47,050 nt of DNA from the IMG/VR virus record IMGVR_UViG_3300028293_000010, positions 1-47,050 of that record. One strand, written 5' to 3'. Position 1 is the stretch's first letter. Each line of letters starts with the position of its first letter. Below the pieces are notes generated by a model that saw nothing but the letters and a program-made list of their open reading frames with translations, had not been told where the DNA came from and ran no database searches. The translations under genes were made by a program, and so were the position numbers. The stretch comes from a virus. Lineage: Duplodnaviria; Caudoviricetes. This document shows positions 17,984-27,306 of this stretch, piece after piece.

Positions 17984-20728
17984 TTATCGCAAACGAGCGG
18001 TAACCGTATATTTCGCCGATGGAATTTTTATGGTCGGCGCGGTACGGGTTCTTGGCTTGACAATATAACGCAGTTGTGGCAATGGCGCATGCGGTGGTCG
18101 TTCTACCCGTGCATCGACCACGTACTTGCGCTGCAGCGGCTGCGCCAGTGGTGGTCGATGCACCCGTGCATTGACCACCCATGGCCGCTGCGGCAGCGCC
18201 ACCGGGGGTAGTCGCCGGGTGCGCGGCTGGACCACGTACAGCGGCTCCGGTGACCGCATGGGCGGTGCCCACGCACACGCCGTACTGGCCGTTGCCGTGA
18301 ACAGCGGCCACGTGGTGTGCCGGATGTCGCCGACCGAAATGAGCAGCTTCCACGTCAGCTTGACATCGATGCCGGTGATGTTGTACGCCGCCGGTTCAGC
18401 AACGAGCCGGTAGTGACGGCGGAAGACGAGATTGACCAGCGGGTTGCTTACGACGTAAGTCGTCGGTGCCGCGACCAACGTGTACTTCCGGCGCAATCCT
18501 GCGGGAACACCGGTAACGCTGTACGCTGCTGGCGCGGCCTTGAGGACGTAACTTTCGCGGAAACTGACTGGTATTCCAGTCAGGGTATAACTGCCATACT
18601 CGGCCTTGAGGACATATGTACGGCGGAAGTTGACCGGCTTGCCGAGCAGGGTATAGGCCGCGACGGTGACCGGCAGCGGCCAGTTGATGTTCTTGCGCAG
18701 GGTGACAGGTATTCCCGTCAGCGTGTACGCTGCCGGTGCCGCCACCATGCGGTAACCGAAGCCGTACTTCAGCAGCGGCGGGATGCCAGTCAGGGTGTAC
18801 GCCGCTGACGTGGCCTTGAGGACACGGCCATAACGCAGCACCAGCGGTTGGATGGTGGCGACGTACGACCCGACTTCGGCCTTGAGGACGTAGGTACGAC
18901 GGAACGTCGCCAGATTGCCCGTCAGGGCATACGCCGCTGGTGTCGCCACCAGCCGGAACGTGCGGCGCAACGCGACCGGCGGCGCGGTCAGGGTATAGAC
19001 CGTGGTCGCGGTGTAGGCACTGGTCAGGACGTAGGTGCGGCGGAAGCCGACCGGGATGCCGGTCAGGACGTAGCTCGCCGGGGCGGCAACGAGCGTGGTC
19101 CCCCGTTGATACACCAACCCGACCGGCAGTCCGGCCAACGTGTAACTAGCGACATCCGCCCTGAGAATGAACGCTGCACGGGTGGTGTAGATCAGGACGG
19201 CATCGATGCCGGTGACCGCGTACGCGGCAGTGTCGGCCTTGAGGACGTAGCTGCGCCGGAAGCCTGCCGGGTTGCCGGTCAGTGCGTATGTCGTGGGGGA
19301 TACGGCGAGAACGTACGTGCGACGGAAGCCAACCGGCAGTCCGGTCAGGGTGTAGGTCGCCTTGGTGGCAGGCAGCACATACGTCACGCCGTACTTCAGG
19401 AAGGCATCGACCCCGGTCACGGCGTACGCGGTGGACGTGGCCTTCAGCACGTAGCTGCGCTTGAATCCGACCGGCAAGCCGGATACGGCGTATGCCGCCG
19501 GGGTTATAGCGAAGCTATACCCCCGGCGCAGCCCGGTATTGATGCCGGTGACGTTGAACTGGGCCGAGGTGGCGACCAGCGCGTAGGTGCGGCGAAAAGT
19601 TACCGCGACCCCCGCGACCACATAGGGCGCGACGGTCGCGGGAACTTTGTAGCCGAGGCCGTATTTGAGAGTGGCAGCGACTCCGGTCAGGGTGTACGCC
19701 GCAGGCGTCGCCTGCAGCACGTACGTGCGGCGGAAGCCGACCGGCAGGCCAGTCAGGACATACGCCGCCGGGGCGGCGGTGAGCTTCTTGAAGACGCTGT
19801 AGACGAGGCCGGTGGTGGTCCCTGCCACCGCGTAGGTTGCGACATCGGCCTTCAGCGCGTATTTACGTTTGAAGCCTGTGGCCGGGGCACCAAGGGTGTA
19901 GCTGGCCGGGGCGGCGACGAGGTTGAACCCCCGGCGCAGCCGGTTGGTGACCGGCGCGGCCAGCGCATACGTCGTGACGGTGGCAGGAAGGGGCTTGTAG
20001 CTGCGCCTGAGCGTCGCGGGCGGGGCAGTGAGGGTGTAGGTAGCCAGATCCGCCGTCAGCGGCTTGTAGCCCTTCCTAAGCCCTGCCGGGATGCCGGTGA
20101 AGGTGTACGCTCTGGCCGTGGCGACCAGATTGAACCCCCGCCGCAGTCCGGTGGTAGGGCCGGTGACAGTGAAGGCGGCGGGGGTGGCGGTGAGGACGAA
20201 GCCCCGGCGCAGGGTGACCGCGACCGGGGTGAAGGTGTATGTCGTTACCGTCGCTGGCAACGCCTTGTACGACCGGCGCAGACCGGTGGCGAGGCCGGTC
20301 AGCGTGTACGTCTGGACGGTAGCGGTGAGCTTGTAGGACCGCTTGAATCCCGTGGTGATGCCGGTAAAGGCGTAGGTCCGCACGGCGGCGGGCATGACGT
20401 AGCCCCGGCGCAGGGTTGTTGCCGGGGCACCGAGGGTGTACGTCGTAACGCTGGCCGGGAGCTTGTACGTGCGCTTGAAGTTAGCGGCGATGCCGGTGAA
20501 GGCGTAGGTGCGGACGACGGCGGGGAGGACGAAGCCTCGCTTCAGCCCGGTAGCTGGTGCGGCGAAGGCGTAGGTGGTAACCGTCGCCGGGAGCTTGTAC
20601 GTACGCTTGAATAGCGCCGCAACACCGGTGAAGGTGTACGCGGCTACGTCGGCGGTGAGGGTGTATGCCTGCTTGACACCGCTGACCGCGCTGATCGGTG
20701 CTGCGGAGATGGGGGTGTGGCCGAGCAT
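17984..20728 (-). CDS. Long tandem beta-repeat virion protein (914 aa)
   Basis: MLGHTPISAAPISA N-terminus, then dozens of ~21-aa YxLxAxxxxYxLTGxxxxxRR repeats. Confidence 0.75.
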   Translation of the reverse strand: MLGHTPISAAPISAVSGVKQAYTLTADVAAYTFTGVAALFKRTYKLPATVTTYAFAAPATGLKRGFVLPAVVRTYAFTGIAANFKRTYKLPASVTTYTLGAPATTLRRGYVMPAAVRTYAFTGITTGFKRSYKLTATVQTYTLTGLATGLRRSYKALPATVTTYTFTPVAVTLRRGFVLTATPAAFTVTGPTTGLRRGFNLVATARAYTFTGIPAGLRKGYKPLTADLATYTLTAPPATLRRSYKPLPATVTTYALAAPVTNRLRRGFNLVAAPASYTLGAPATGFKRKYALKADVATYAVAGTTTGLVYSVFKKLTAAPAAYVLTGLPVGFRRTYVLQATPAAYTLTGVAATLKYGLGYKVPATVAPYVVAGVAVTFRRTYALVATSAQFNVTGINTGLRRGYSFAITPAAYAVSGLPVGFKRSYVLKATSTAYAVTGVDAFLKYGVTYVLPATKATYTLTGLPVGFRRTYVLAVSPTTYALTGNPAGFRRSYVLKADTAAYAVTGIDAVLIYTTRAAFILRADVASYTLAGLPVGLVYQRGTTLVAAPASYVLTGIPVGFRRTYVLTSAYTATTVYTLTAPPVALRRTFRLVATPAAYALTGNLATFRRTYVLKAEVGSYVATIQPLVLRYGRVLKATSAAYTLTGIPPLLKYGFGYRMVAAPAAYTLTGIPVTLRKNINWPLPVTVAAYTLLGKPVNFRRTYVLKAEYGSYTLTGIPVSFRESYVLKAAPAAYSVTGVPAGLRRKYTLVAAPTTYVVSNPLVNLVFRRHYRLVAEPAAYNITGIDVKLTWKLLISVGDIRHTTWPLFTATASTACAWAPPMRSPEPLYVVQPRTRRLPPVALPQRPWVVNARVHRPPLAQPLQRKYVVDARVERPPHAPLPQLRYIVKPRTRTAPTIKIPSAKYTVTARLR

Positions 20729-20729
20729 G

Positions 20730-22655
20730 TCAGGCAGTCAATGCTGCCAAATCGTTGGCATAGGAAACAACGTTCCAAATACGTACATTACGTATTTGCC
20801 CCCCTATCGCCAGCCCGACCCATGGCGAATAACCCACGCTCATGGTGGATGCGGTCATGGTGCCAGCGAAGGGAGTCAGGGCAACATTAGCTTGACCACT
20901 GCCGGTACATATCTGCTGCCCACTGCCCCAAGACGCTGCCAGCTTGCGCGACGCGGTATAGGTACTGGGCAGTCCAGTTTTAATGGCCAGATTGGTACCA
21001 TCGTAAATACCTATACTGTCCGCGCCATAACTGCCCTGAATCATCAACGGCAACTTATACGTTTCGCTGGTGAGATAACCACGCTGCTGCCATGCAGTCT
21101 GCCACTTGGTCTTGACCTCACAATAGGCAGTACCGACACCAGCGGCCATGTTACCTGACGCGGCCCAACTCAGGATGTCAGTGCCACGAGTGGCAATGGC
21201 GTATTGACAGGGGTAGGTATAGGGATCGCTGCCAGTGTCCACCACCGTCAGGCCGTAGAGATACCAAGCCGGACTGCCGCTGCCACCATAAGAAGTGCCG
21301 CTCTCCCCGAAGATCCCGATGTTCATGGCGGTACCTGCAGCCACTCCTGATAATGCCTGCCAGCAGAAGTACCACCCATCCTTGTAGGGGATGATGCCAG
21401 CCCCCCGGAAGGTACCGGTGCCACCAGCCAGATACCCGCCGTTGGTCGAGCCGTTGCCGGTCAGGTAATAAAGCGTCTGTACGGTATCGGGACCAATGCT
21501 GTAATTCACCAGTACGTTGTTACGTTGGTAAGGCTTGACGAAAAGACCGAAGAATGAATTCTGGGTGGCGAAGGGCAACGTGCCGTAGGGGTTGATGTAA
21601 TGCGCGGAAACACCCGCAGTTTCCACGATGCCGCAGGCGTAATAGTCCCCGGTCGGTCCCGCAGTGATTTTGTTCTGGTAGGTCATCCCCGCCGCACCGG
21701 CCACGGTGAAGTCCCACTCGATGCCGTAGGCGACCGTGGTCTGCGTGTCCATCAGGATGCCGAGGGGGCCGACGGCATCGCAGACCATGGCGCTGGCACC
21801 ATTGGTGGTATTGAGGGGTGTGCTGCCTGCAATCTCATTGACCACATTACCGGTCATGGTGTTGGCGAGCTTGGTACCGAAACACTGCACACCATCGACA
21901 TTGGAATAGGAAATGGTAAACAGCCCCATGCCGACGCTGACGTATTCACCGGGGTTGGTGTTCGACTGCCCCGAGATGAGTTCGAATTGCACATCGCCGA
22001 TCATCAGGTCGGCAGACTGCGAGTTGTTGACGCCGCCGCTGTTGGTGCCGTAAAGGCCGATGGCAAAGCTGGGTGCCGAGGCATAGGTGGCGGTGAGCAG
22101 GAACGAATAGCGCACCGGGCTGGTGTTGGTGATGGTGAAGTTGATAATCTGGTTACTGAGGGCGAAGACCAGATTGATGGGGTTGCCCAGCGTCCACAGG
22201 TCGGCTGTCAGTCGGTAAGCAGCGGTGGTGTACGGCACCACGATGACTTGGTACATGCTGCACACGCCGACTGCCAAGTCGTTGCCCCGGTTCAGCTGGC
22301 AACGGGTGGCCTGCGATCCGCCATAGTCCCACGTCAGGACCGGTGCCGCTGAATTGAGGCCGACGTTGTATTTCGTCCATGGTGCAACAGTCAAGTTCTG
22401 GGATGACCCGAGGATCATGTTCTCCACCCGCCGCGCACCGGGGAAACGAGCCTCGTTGGCCTTGCACTTACGGAGGACGCCCTCCCAGTCCTGCACCGTG
22501 CCCCCGGCCCCGCCGCAGGAGAACGTCGGCGTGGCGTTGCCACTGGCGACGTTGGGCCACAGCCGGTACATCAGCGGGACATCGAAGGTGTTGCTGCCCG
22601 CCGCAGGCACCTGCGCTGGCAGATCGCCCCAGTACATGGAAGGGGCGAGATCCAT
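20730..22655 (-). CDS. Tail fibre/spike-associated beta-sandwich protein (~641 aa)
   Basis: Probable true start MDLAPSMYWG overlaps the upstream stop. Contains NEARF.GARRVEN, DGWY, ATRGTDIL and a C-terminal GGQIRNVRIWN...DLAALT, typical of phage fibre proteins. Confidence 0.7.
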   Translation of the reverse strand: MDLAPSMYWGDLPAQVPAAGSNTFDVPLMYRLWPNVASGNATPTFSCGGAGGTVQDWEGVLRKCKANEARFPGARRVENMILGSSQNLTVAPWTKYNVGLNSAAPVLTWDYGGSQATRCQLNRGNDLAVGVCSMYQVIVVPYTTAAYRLTADLWTLGNPINLVFALSNQIINFTITNTSPVRYSFLLTATYASAPSFAIGLYGTNSGGVNNSQSADLMIGDVQFELISGQSNTNPGEYVSVGMGLFTISYSNVDGVQCFGTKLANTMTGNVVNEIAGSTPLNTTNGASAMVCDAVGPLGILMDTQTTVAYGIEWDFTVAGAAGMTYQNKITAGPTGDYYACGIVETAGVSAHYINPYGTLPFATQNSFFGLFVKPYQRNNVLVNYSIGPDTVQTLYYLTGNGSTNGGYLAGGTGTFRGAGIIPYKDGWYFCWQALSGVAAGTAMNIGIFGESGTSYGGSGSPAWYLYGLTVVDTGSDPYTYPCQYAIATRGTDILSWAASGNMAAGVGTAYCEVKTKWQTAWQQRGYLTSETYKLPLMIQGSYGADSIGIYDGTNLAIKTGLPSTYTASRKLAASWGSGQQICTGSGQANVALTPFAGTMTASTMSVGYSPWVGLAIGGQIRNVRIWNVVSYANDLAALTA

Positions 22656-24643
22656 CAGGCGAACATCGGCTGCATGGTGCCGAACATCTGACTGCCGTCG
22701 CTGAAGAACGAAAAGCCATCGGTAGCACCGCCAGCGACCGACAGCGTGGGCTTGCGTCCGTTGGGGAACTTGAAGCAGGCGTTCCACGTCACGGTGCGTA
22801 CGCCGCCGTCCTGCACCAGCAGCCACAGGTAGGTGCGGCCCGCGACTTGGTTGATAGGTGCGGCCATGGTGATGTTGGAGGTGATGCTGCTCCAGCAGGA
22901 CGGCAACAAGGCAACGTCCCAAGTGGTGGTAGCTGAGAGGGTCAGGTTGCCGTAGCTTGGACGCACGGCGTACAGTGTCCAGTAGCTGGTGTTGGTCGGG
23001 GTGACTGCGCTGTTGCCGATGACGCAGACGTAAACACCACCGCTGTATAACACCATGTCCCCAACGCCATAAGCGACGGCTGCGGAATAATTGCCAAGCC
23101 AGCGCATCATGGGTTGTCCGCCCACGGTCAGCGTGGTGGACAGCCGCATCACCTCGTTACCGGGGGCGAAGCCACCGCGAGTCCACACGAAGTCGGCGGC
23201 GGCAACGTTGATGGACACGAACTTGCCGGTAGTGTTATACGTCCAAGTGTCGTTGGCGACAAGAAGGCCGTTGGTGGCGTAAGTCGAGCCTGCCTTCTGG
23301 ATGTAGAAATTGCTGTTGATGCTGATGCCGCTGGCGGCTGCGGTGTTGCCGCCGGTATCGGTGAAAGACAGTGTGTTGCCACCGATGCGCAAGGCTTCGT
23401 TGCCTGCACGCGACCAGAGGAAGTCGGCAGCAGCGGCATTGGCGAACAGCATCGCCCCGTTGCTGTTGTAGATCCACGCCTGATTGCCGGTCACCAACCC
23501 GGCGGGGGTGTAGTTGGGACTGAGTTTGTGCAGGGCCAGCTGGTTGCCAGCGGAGGCTAAACTCAGTCTGGCGAACGAGGTAGCACCGGTATCGGCCTGC
23601 GTCGCCGCCAGCGACGCCCCACCCGCCTGCTGGGCAGTGACCGACAGCCCCCCGCTGACAGCATCGTGGGTCAGGGCAGGAGAACCGATGATGGCATTGC
23701 CCGCACTGCCGTAGGCGATGTAGGTGGCGGTCAGCCCCGGTGCGGCACCGGTAGCTCCTGTGGGGCCGGTGGAGCCGGTAGCGCCCGTGATGCCGGTAGT
23801 GCCTGCACCCGTGGCTCCGGTGGAGCCGATGGTGCCTGTTACACCCGTCACGCCGGTCGGGCCAATCGCCCCGTCCAGCTTGTGCATAGCGAACTCTGGT
23901 GAGTAGTTGCCGTTAGTAGTGACATTCAGGGTCGAGCCAGAGGTCTGATAGACGATCAGTTCGATGTAGTCGTTGACCGCCAAGTTGTAGATGGTGCTGA
24001 TCGCCACGGCGGTGGAGTTGACTGAAACGCCAATCCGAAAGTCGTTGGCGATGGTCGTCGCACCGTTCAACAGCAGGGACAGCCCACGGTTACCGGTAGG
24101 ATTCACCGCAATGAGGACCGTGCCGGTAATCAGGTACTTCCCGGCAGTCCTGCAGGTCAGCCGGGTGTTGTTGATGGCAGTGTCGTGAATGCTGTCGGTG
24201 TCGTAGCGTTCGCTGTTGAAGGCGAGCGCCACCGAGGTGCTGCTCGCCACCGCTTGGTCCACGCTGTGGTAGGCCCGGCAACCGATGGATGACGGTGCGC
24301 CGGTAGCGCCCGTGGCCCCGGTAGCACCAGTCGCCGTTATGTAGTCGGCAGGCAGGGTGTTGAAGACGGTTTTCGCACCCGCCGAGAATGACACCAAGGC
24401 ATTGGCGTTCGAAGATGCAAGGACAAGATCACGAGTGAAACTATTACCAGCGAGGGTATAGGTGCCGATGCCCACCTCCCATTCCGTGAGCGTGTCATGC
24501 TCGATGGTGTAGGCGAAGGTGTTGCTGTTGCCGATGGTGGACAGCGGGCGGAACTTGGCGAAGGCGGTGCCGCTGCCGACAAAGGCACCGGTGCCGGTCG
24601 AGGTGGACGGCTCCTTGATGCGGTCGCGGTACACGTAGGCCAC
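22655..24643 (-). CDS. Modular tail fibre protein (collagen-like GxT runs, C1q-like domain, CBM-like module)
   Basis: DRIKE.ST.TGTG...EWEVG.GTY N-terminus; GATGATG repeats; AFNSERYDTDSIHD..NTRLT...AGKYLI (C1q-like); WLGNYSAAVAY.VGDMV.YSG..Y. Confidence 0.8.
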   Translation of the reverse strand: MAYVYRDRIKEPSTSTGTGAFVGSGTAFAKFRPLSTIGNSNTFAYTIEHDTLTEWEVGIGTYTLAGNSFTRDLVLASSNANALVSFSAGAKTVFNTLPADYITATGATGATGATGAPSSIGCRAYHSVDQAVASSTSVALAFNSERYDTDSIHDTAINNTRLTCRTAGKYLITGTVLIAVNPTGNRGLSLLLNGATTIANDFRIGVSVNSTAVAISTIYNLAVNDYIELIVYQTSGSTLNVTTNGNYSPEFAMHKLDGAIGPTGVTGVTGTIGSTGATGAGTTGITGATGSTGPTGATGAAPGLTATYIAYGSAGNAIIGSPALTHDAVSGGLSVTAQQAGGASLAATQADTGATSFARLSLASAGNQLALHKLSPNYTPAGLVTGNQAWIYNSNGAMLFANAAAADFLWSRAGNEALRIGGNTLSFTDTGGNTAAASGISINSNFYIQKAGSTYATNGLLVANDTWTYNTTGKFVSINVAAADFVWTRGGFAPGNEVMRLSTTLTVGGQPMMRWLGNYSAAVAYGVGDMVLYSGGVYVCVIGNSAVTPTNTSYWTLYAVRPSYGNLTLSATTTWDVALLPSCWSSITSNITMAAPINQVAGRTYLWLLVQDGGVRTVTWNACFKFPNGRKPTLSVAGGATDGFSFFSDGSQMFGTMQPMFA

Positions 24644-24679
24644 GTCACCTCCCTAAATCGGTTGTCAACGTAGCGCCCG

Positions 24680-25099
24680 TCACTGCAAAGTCAGCACCCC
24701 TGCCGCTTGGTCGAAGTCGGTGGTGAACGTCTCGGTGTCCGCTGGCGTGATGCTGGAGCCGTAGTCGTACCAGCCGATGAGGGGACCACCGGCAGCGGTG
24801 CTGTTGTACAGCACCACGTAGCGGAAGGCGGGGAGGGGACCACCGGCAGCGGTGAACACCACGTCGTTCAGCACCAGTTTGTAGATGCCGCCGGTCTGCA
24901 CGCTGGTGACGACCGTGGCGGTCGATCCTCCCGAGGTGTAACCGAAGCCAGCGGCGATCTGGGTGATGTTCGCCAACAGCGTGTTGGTGTTCACCGGCAG
25001 AGTATTCGTAAGGCAGACTTTCAGCACGTCGGTGCCGAGGTTGTGCACTTTCTCGGACAGATCCTCTACGAAGCAATTGAACTTGTTCAGCGCAGCCAT
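24680..25099 (-). CDS. Virion structural protein, first gene of the late arm
   Basis: 139 aa, GAGGGAG RBS; FNCFVEDL..KVHNL..D.LKV.LTN, GYTSGG, FRYVVLYN, LIGWYDYG. Confidence 0.75.
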   Translation of the reverse strand: MAALNKFNCFVEDLSEKVHNLGTDVLKVCLTNTLPVNTNTLLANITQIAAGFGYTSGGSTATVVTSVQTGGIYKLVLNDVVFTAAGGPLPAFRYVVLYNSTAAGGPLIGWYDYGSSITPADTETFTTDFDQAAGVLTLQ

Positions 25100-25374
25100 G
25101 GTGGTTCTCCCTCTAGGGGTGGTGGGTTATGGCGGGGGAGCATACCACCCGTGGCAAGCGTTTGGTCGTGGTAAGTTAGTGGAAATTTTTTGGAAAATTA
25201 TGTAACATCATGATTGGTGTACGTTGAAAACTTCCAAATCCTATGGGTGTGATGGGGGTGAGCCTTTGACTCACCAGCGTTCATTCCCCCTTCGGCCCCC
25301 TCAGCTGGCAAAAGAATTCTTTTCGACCGGCCAGGCCGTTGCAAGTGCAACCATCGCAGTTACACCTATTCTGC

Positions 25375-25402
25375 TTGACATGGCATGCGTTACCCATACA
25401 AT
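25375..25402 (+). promoter_or_regulatory. Sigma70-type early promoter
   Basis: TTGACA-16 bp-TACAAT upstream of the first rightward gene. Confidence 0.6.
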
Positions 25403-25454
25403 GTGAACTGTTGACGACGGCGAGCCATCTGTGTTTACCCGTCAACCGGCGTTT

Positions 25455-25474
25455 TGTGTAGGCATGCCTATACA
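25455..25474. repeat. Palindrome family copy 1
   Basis: TGTGTAGGCATGCCTATACA. Confidence 0.9.
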
Positions 25475-25501
25475 ACACGCCACAACATGAAAGGAATCAA
25501 G

Positions 25502-26173
25502 ATGTCCAAGAAATTCGATAAAGCCGCAATGACCAAGGCGCAACGTGTGACTGAGGCGAAAGCCGCAGCCGCGCAAGCGGAGTTCAACGCGACGATGATC
25601 GAAGCAGTTCGCAAAGGCGCGCAAGCAAAGGGCGAGGGGGATTCAGCCGCATCGGTCATTCTCGCAGCCGTCAAGAAACTGCGCGCTGACATTACGGACG
25701 GCGAGCGTTATCGTCGGGCGTTAGTCGAAACCATGGGTAACGCGGATAAGACTCCGGGCAAGAACGATGCCGGTACTGTCGGCGATGCGTTGAAAGCAGA
25801 CAAGACGCTCAGCGAACAGTATGTCCGTGACATCATGTCCTACGGTCGCAAGTTCGGTCGCGCTCTGTTCAATCCAACCTTTAGCACGGTTAACGCAAAA
25901 GGTAAGGAAATGACACTGCGCGCTCTAGCAAGTAGCGTTGATGCGAACGGCAAGCCAAAGGTAAAAGCCACTGTTGAACCGACGGCGGAAACTCCGACAG
26001 CGAAGCTTGATACGTCCCCCAAGGCATTAGATGCGGCTGCGAAGCTGTGGATTGATTCGGGTGCATTCTCCGAATTGTTGGAAGCGGCTGCGAAACGGCT
26101 GGCAAAGGTTGCGGCTGAGGCGTCCAAGCAACTGAAGGTAGCAGCGCAGTCATACGCGGCTGCGACCGAGTAA
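25502..26173 (+). CDS. Ala/Lys-rich early hypothetical protein
   Basis: AAAGGA RBS before ATG 25502 (MSKKFDK); 223 aa. Confidence 0.75.
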   Translation: MSKKFDKAAMTKAQRVTEAKAAAAQAEFNATMIEAVRKGAQAKGEGDSAASVILAAVKKLRADITDGERYRRALVETMGNADKTPGKNDAGTVGDALKADKTLSEQYVRDIMSYGRKFGRALFNPTFSTVNAKGKEMTLRALASSVDANGKPKVKATVEPTAETPTAKLDTSPKALDAAAKLWIDSGAFSELLEAAAKRLAKVAAEASKQLKVAAQSYAAATE

Positions 26174-26182
26174 CACTAACCC

Positions 26183-26214
26183 GCGTGTTGTGTAGGCATG
26201 CCTACACAACACGC
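26183..26214. repeat. Palindrome family copy 2 (perfect 32-bp palindrome)
   Basis: GCGTGTTGTGTAGGCATGCCTACACAACACGC. Confidence 0.95.
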
Positions 26215-26233
26215 ACAATCGAAAGGGCATCAA

Positions 26234-26434
26234 ATGAGTTTGGCAAAGGAAAGGCGCGCATGGTTGGACGCGCGCAAGTCACACGCATCGCGCCTCGCAT
26301 GGTTGGTTATCGAAACGGCGAGCATGGCGCATGAGGGTTTTATCACTCATCGCGAATCGGGCGAGGGTATCGCCGAAATGCATACTCTGTCCGAGCATGA
26401 GATCCGCATGCTGTTTACCGCATGGGGATTCTAA
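26234..26434 (+). CDS. Small early hypothetical protein
   Basis: GAAAGGG RBS, MSLAKERR..., followed by a terminator. Confidence 0.65.
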   Translation: MSLAKERRAWLDARKSHASRLAWLVIETASMAHEGFITHRESGEGIAEMHTLSEHEIRMLFTAWGF

Positions 26435-26450
26435 TCTAACGCAGCAAACG

Positions 26451-26476
26451 AACCCGGCTTCGGCCGGGTTTTTTTT
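26451..26476 (+). terminator. Rho-independent terminator
   Basis: AACCCGGC-TTCG-GCCGGGTT followed by a T run. Confidence 0.9.
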
Positions 26477-26668
26477 CGCCCTCGATTCGTGAGTTGCACA
26501 ACCCGGCTCGCGCCCCATGCATGGGGCGCGAAGCGTCACCGTAGTAACTCAGCTATGGGCGTAGGGCATCAAGGTATGGGTCTAGGGCTTGCGAGAAGGG
26601 GTCTAGAAGGCACGATCAAGGGCATGGGTGGGCACCGGCACCGTAGCTCAGCGATAGGTCTAGGCGCT

Positions 26669-26688
26669 TGTATAGGCATGCCTACACA
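26669..26688. repeat. Palindrome family copy 3
   Basis: TGTATAGGCATGCCTACACA. Confidence 0.9.
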
Positions 26689-26910
26689 CCACACATGCGT
26701 GGCACACAAAATACATATACGTTACATGCATGTAAGATGATTAGGCACGTAAGTCGCTGATTCGGCAGCGTAAAAGAGGGTACGGCAAAAGTGCGTACCG
26801 AACTCGCGTGTTACATTCCCTACGTAAGTTATTGTTCTGTTTATTTATTTATTTATTAATAATCAATAATACAAAATAAACAGTAAAAACAGAGGATGCG
26901 AAATGTAGAA

Positions 26911-26984
26911 AGTGGGTCCGGGTCCGGTAAGCGGTTTGCCGGAATACCTATACCAAGAACGTGCTTACCGGACCCGGACCCACT
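26911..26984. repeat. Perfect 22-bp inverted repeat with 30-nt spacer beside an AT-rich tract
   Basis: AGTGGGTCCGGGTCCGGTAAGC ... GCTTACCGGACCCGGACCCACT. Confidence 0.9.
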
Positions 26985-27306
26985 CGCTATGTACCTCGAT
27001 GTGAAAAACACTGCTTTTTCTGCTTTTTCTGCTTATTCGTTTGATAATCAGTAGCTTGCCTGCCAACGCGACTGCTTTTTTAAGCAGATTTGGTAAGTTA
27101 GTTGCCGGTAAACTTCGATTTGTATACTGGGGTACTACATGATGTTACCTAAGCTCGATTCGTGTATTCATTCACAAACACAAGCAGGACATACAAACGT
27201 GATCCGAGCTAACGTTAACACTACATGCACCCTCACCTCAAAAACCCACTTGACACCCTCACTAACTTACTAAACACTACCAATCCCAACCCCGAGGAGC
27301 CGCCCG

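Noticed and set aside
22656-22922. N-terminal extension of the 730-aa track ORF
   Set aside because: Overlaps the upstream fibre gene with non-protein-like sequence; the coupled ATG at 22655 is more plausible
20730-24643. Diversity-generating retroelement acting on the tail fibres
   Set aside because: No reverse transcriptase in the window and no adenine-variant TR/VR repeat pair noticed
14-25205. Many long plus-strand ORFs in the left arm (e.g. 1423-2673, 4276-5382, 18848-20614)
   Set aside because: Antisense shadows of GC-rich minus-strand genes; no RBS and implausible composition
26489-26740. 83-aa plus-strand ORF in the control region
   Set aside because: Lies right after a strong terminator, lacks an RBS and is made of DNA-level repeats
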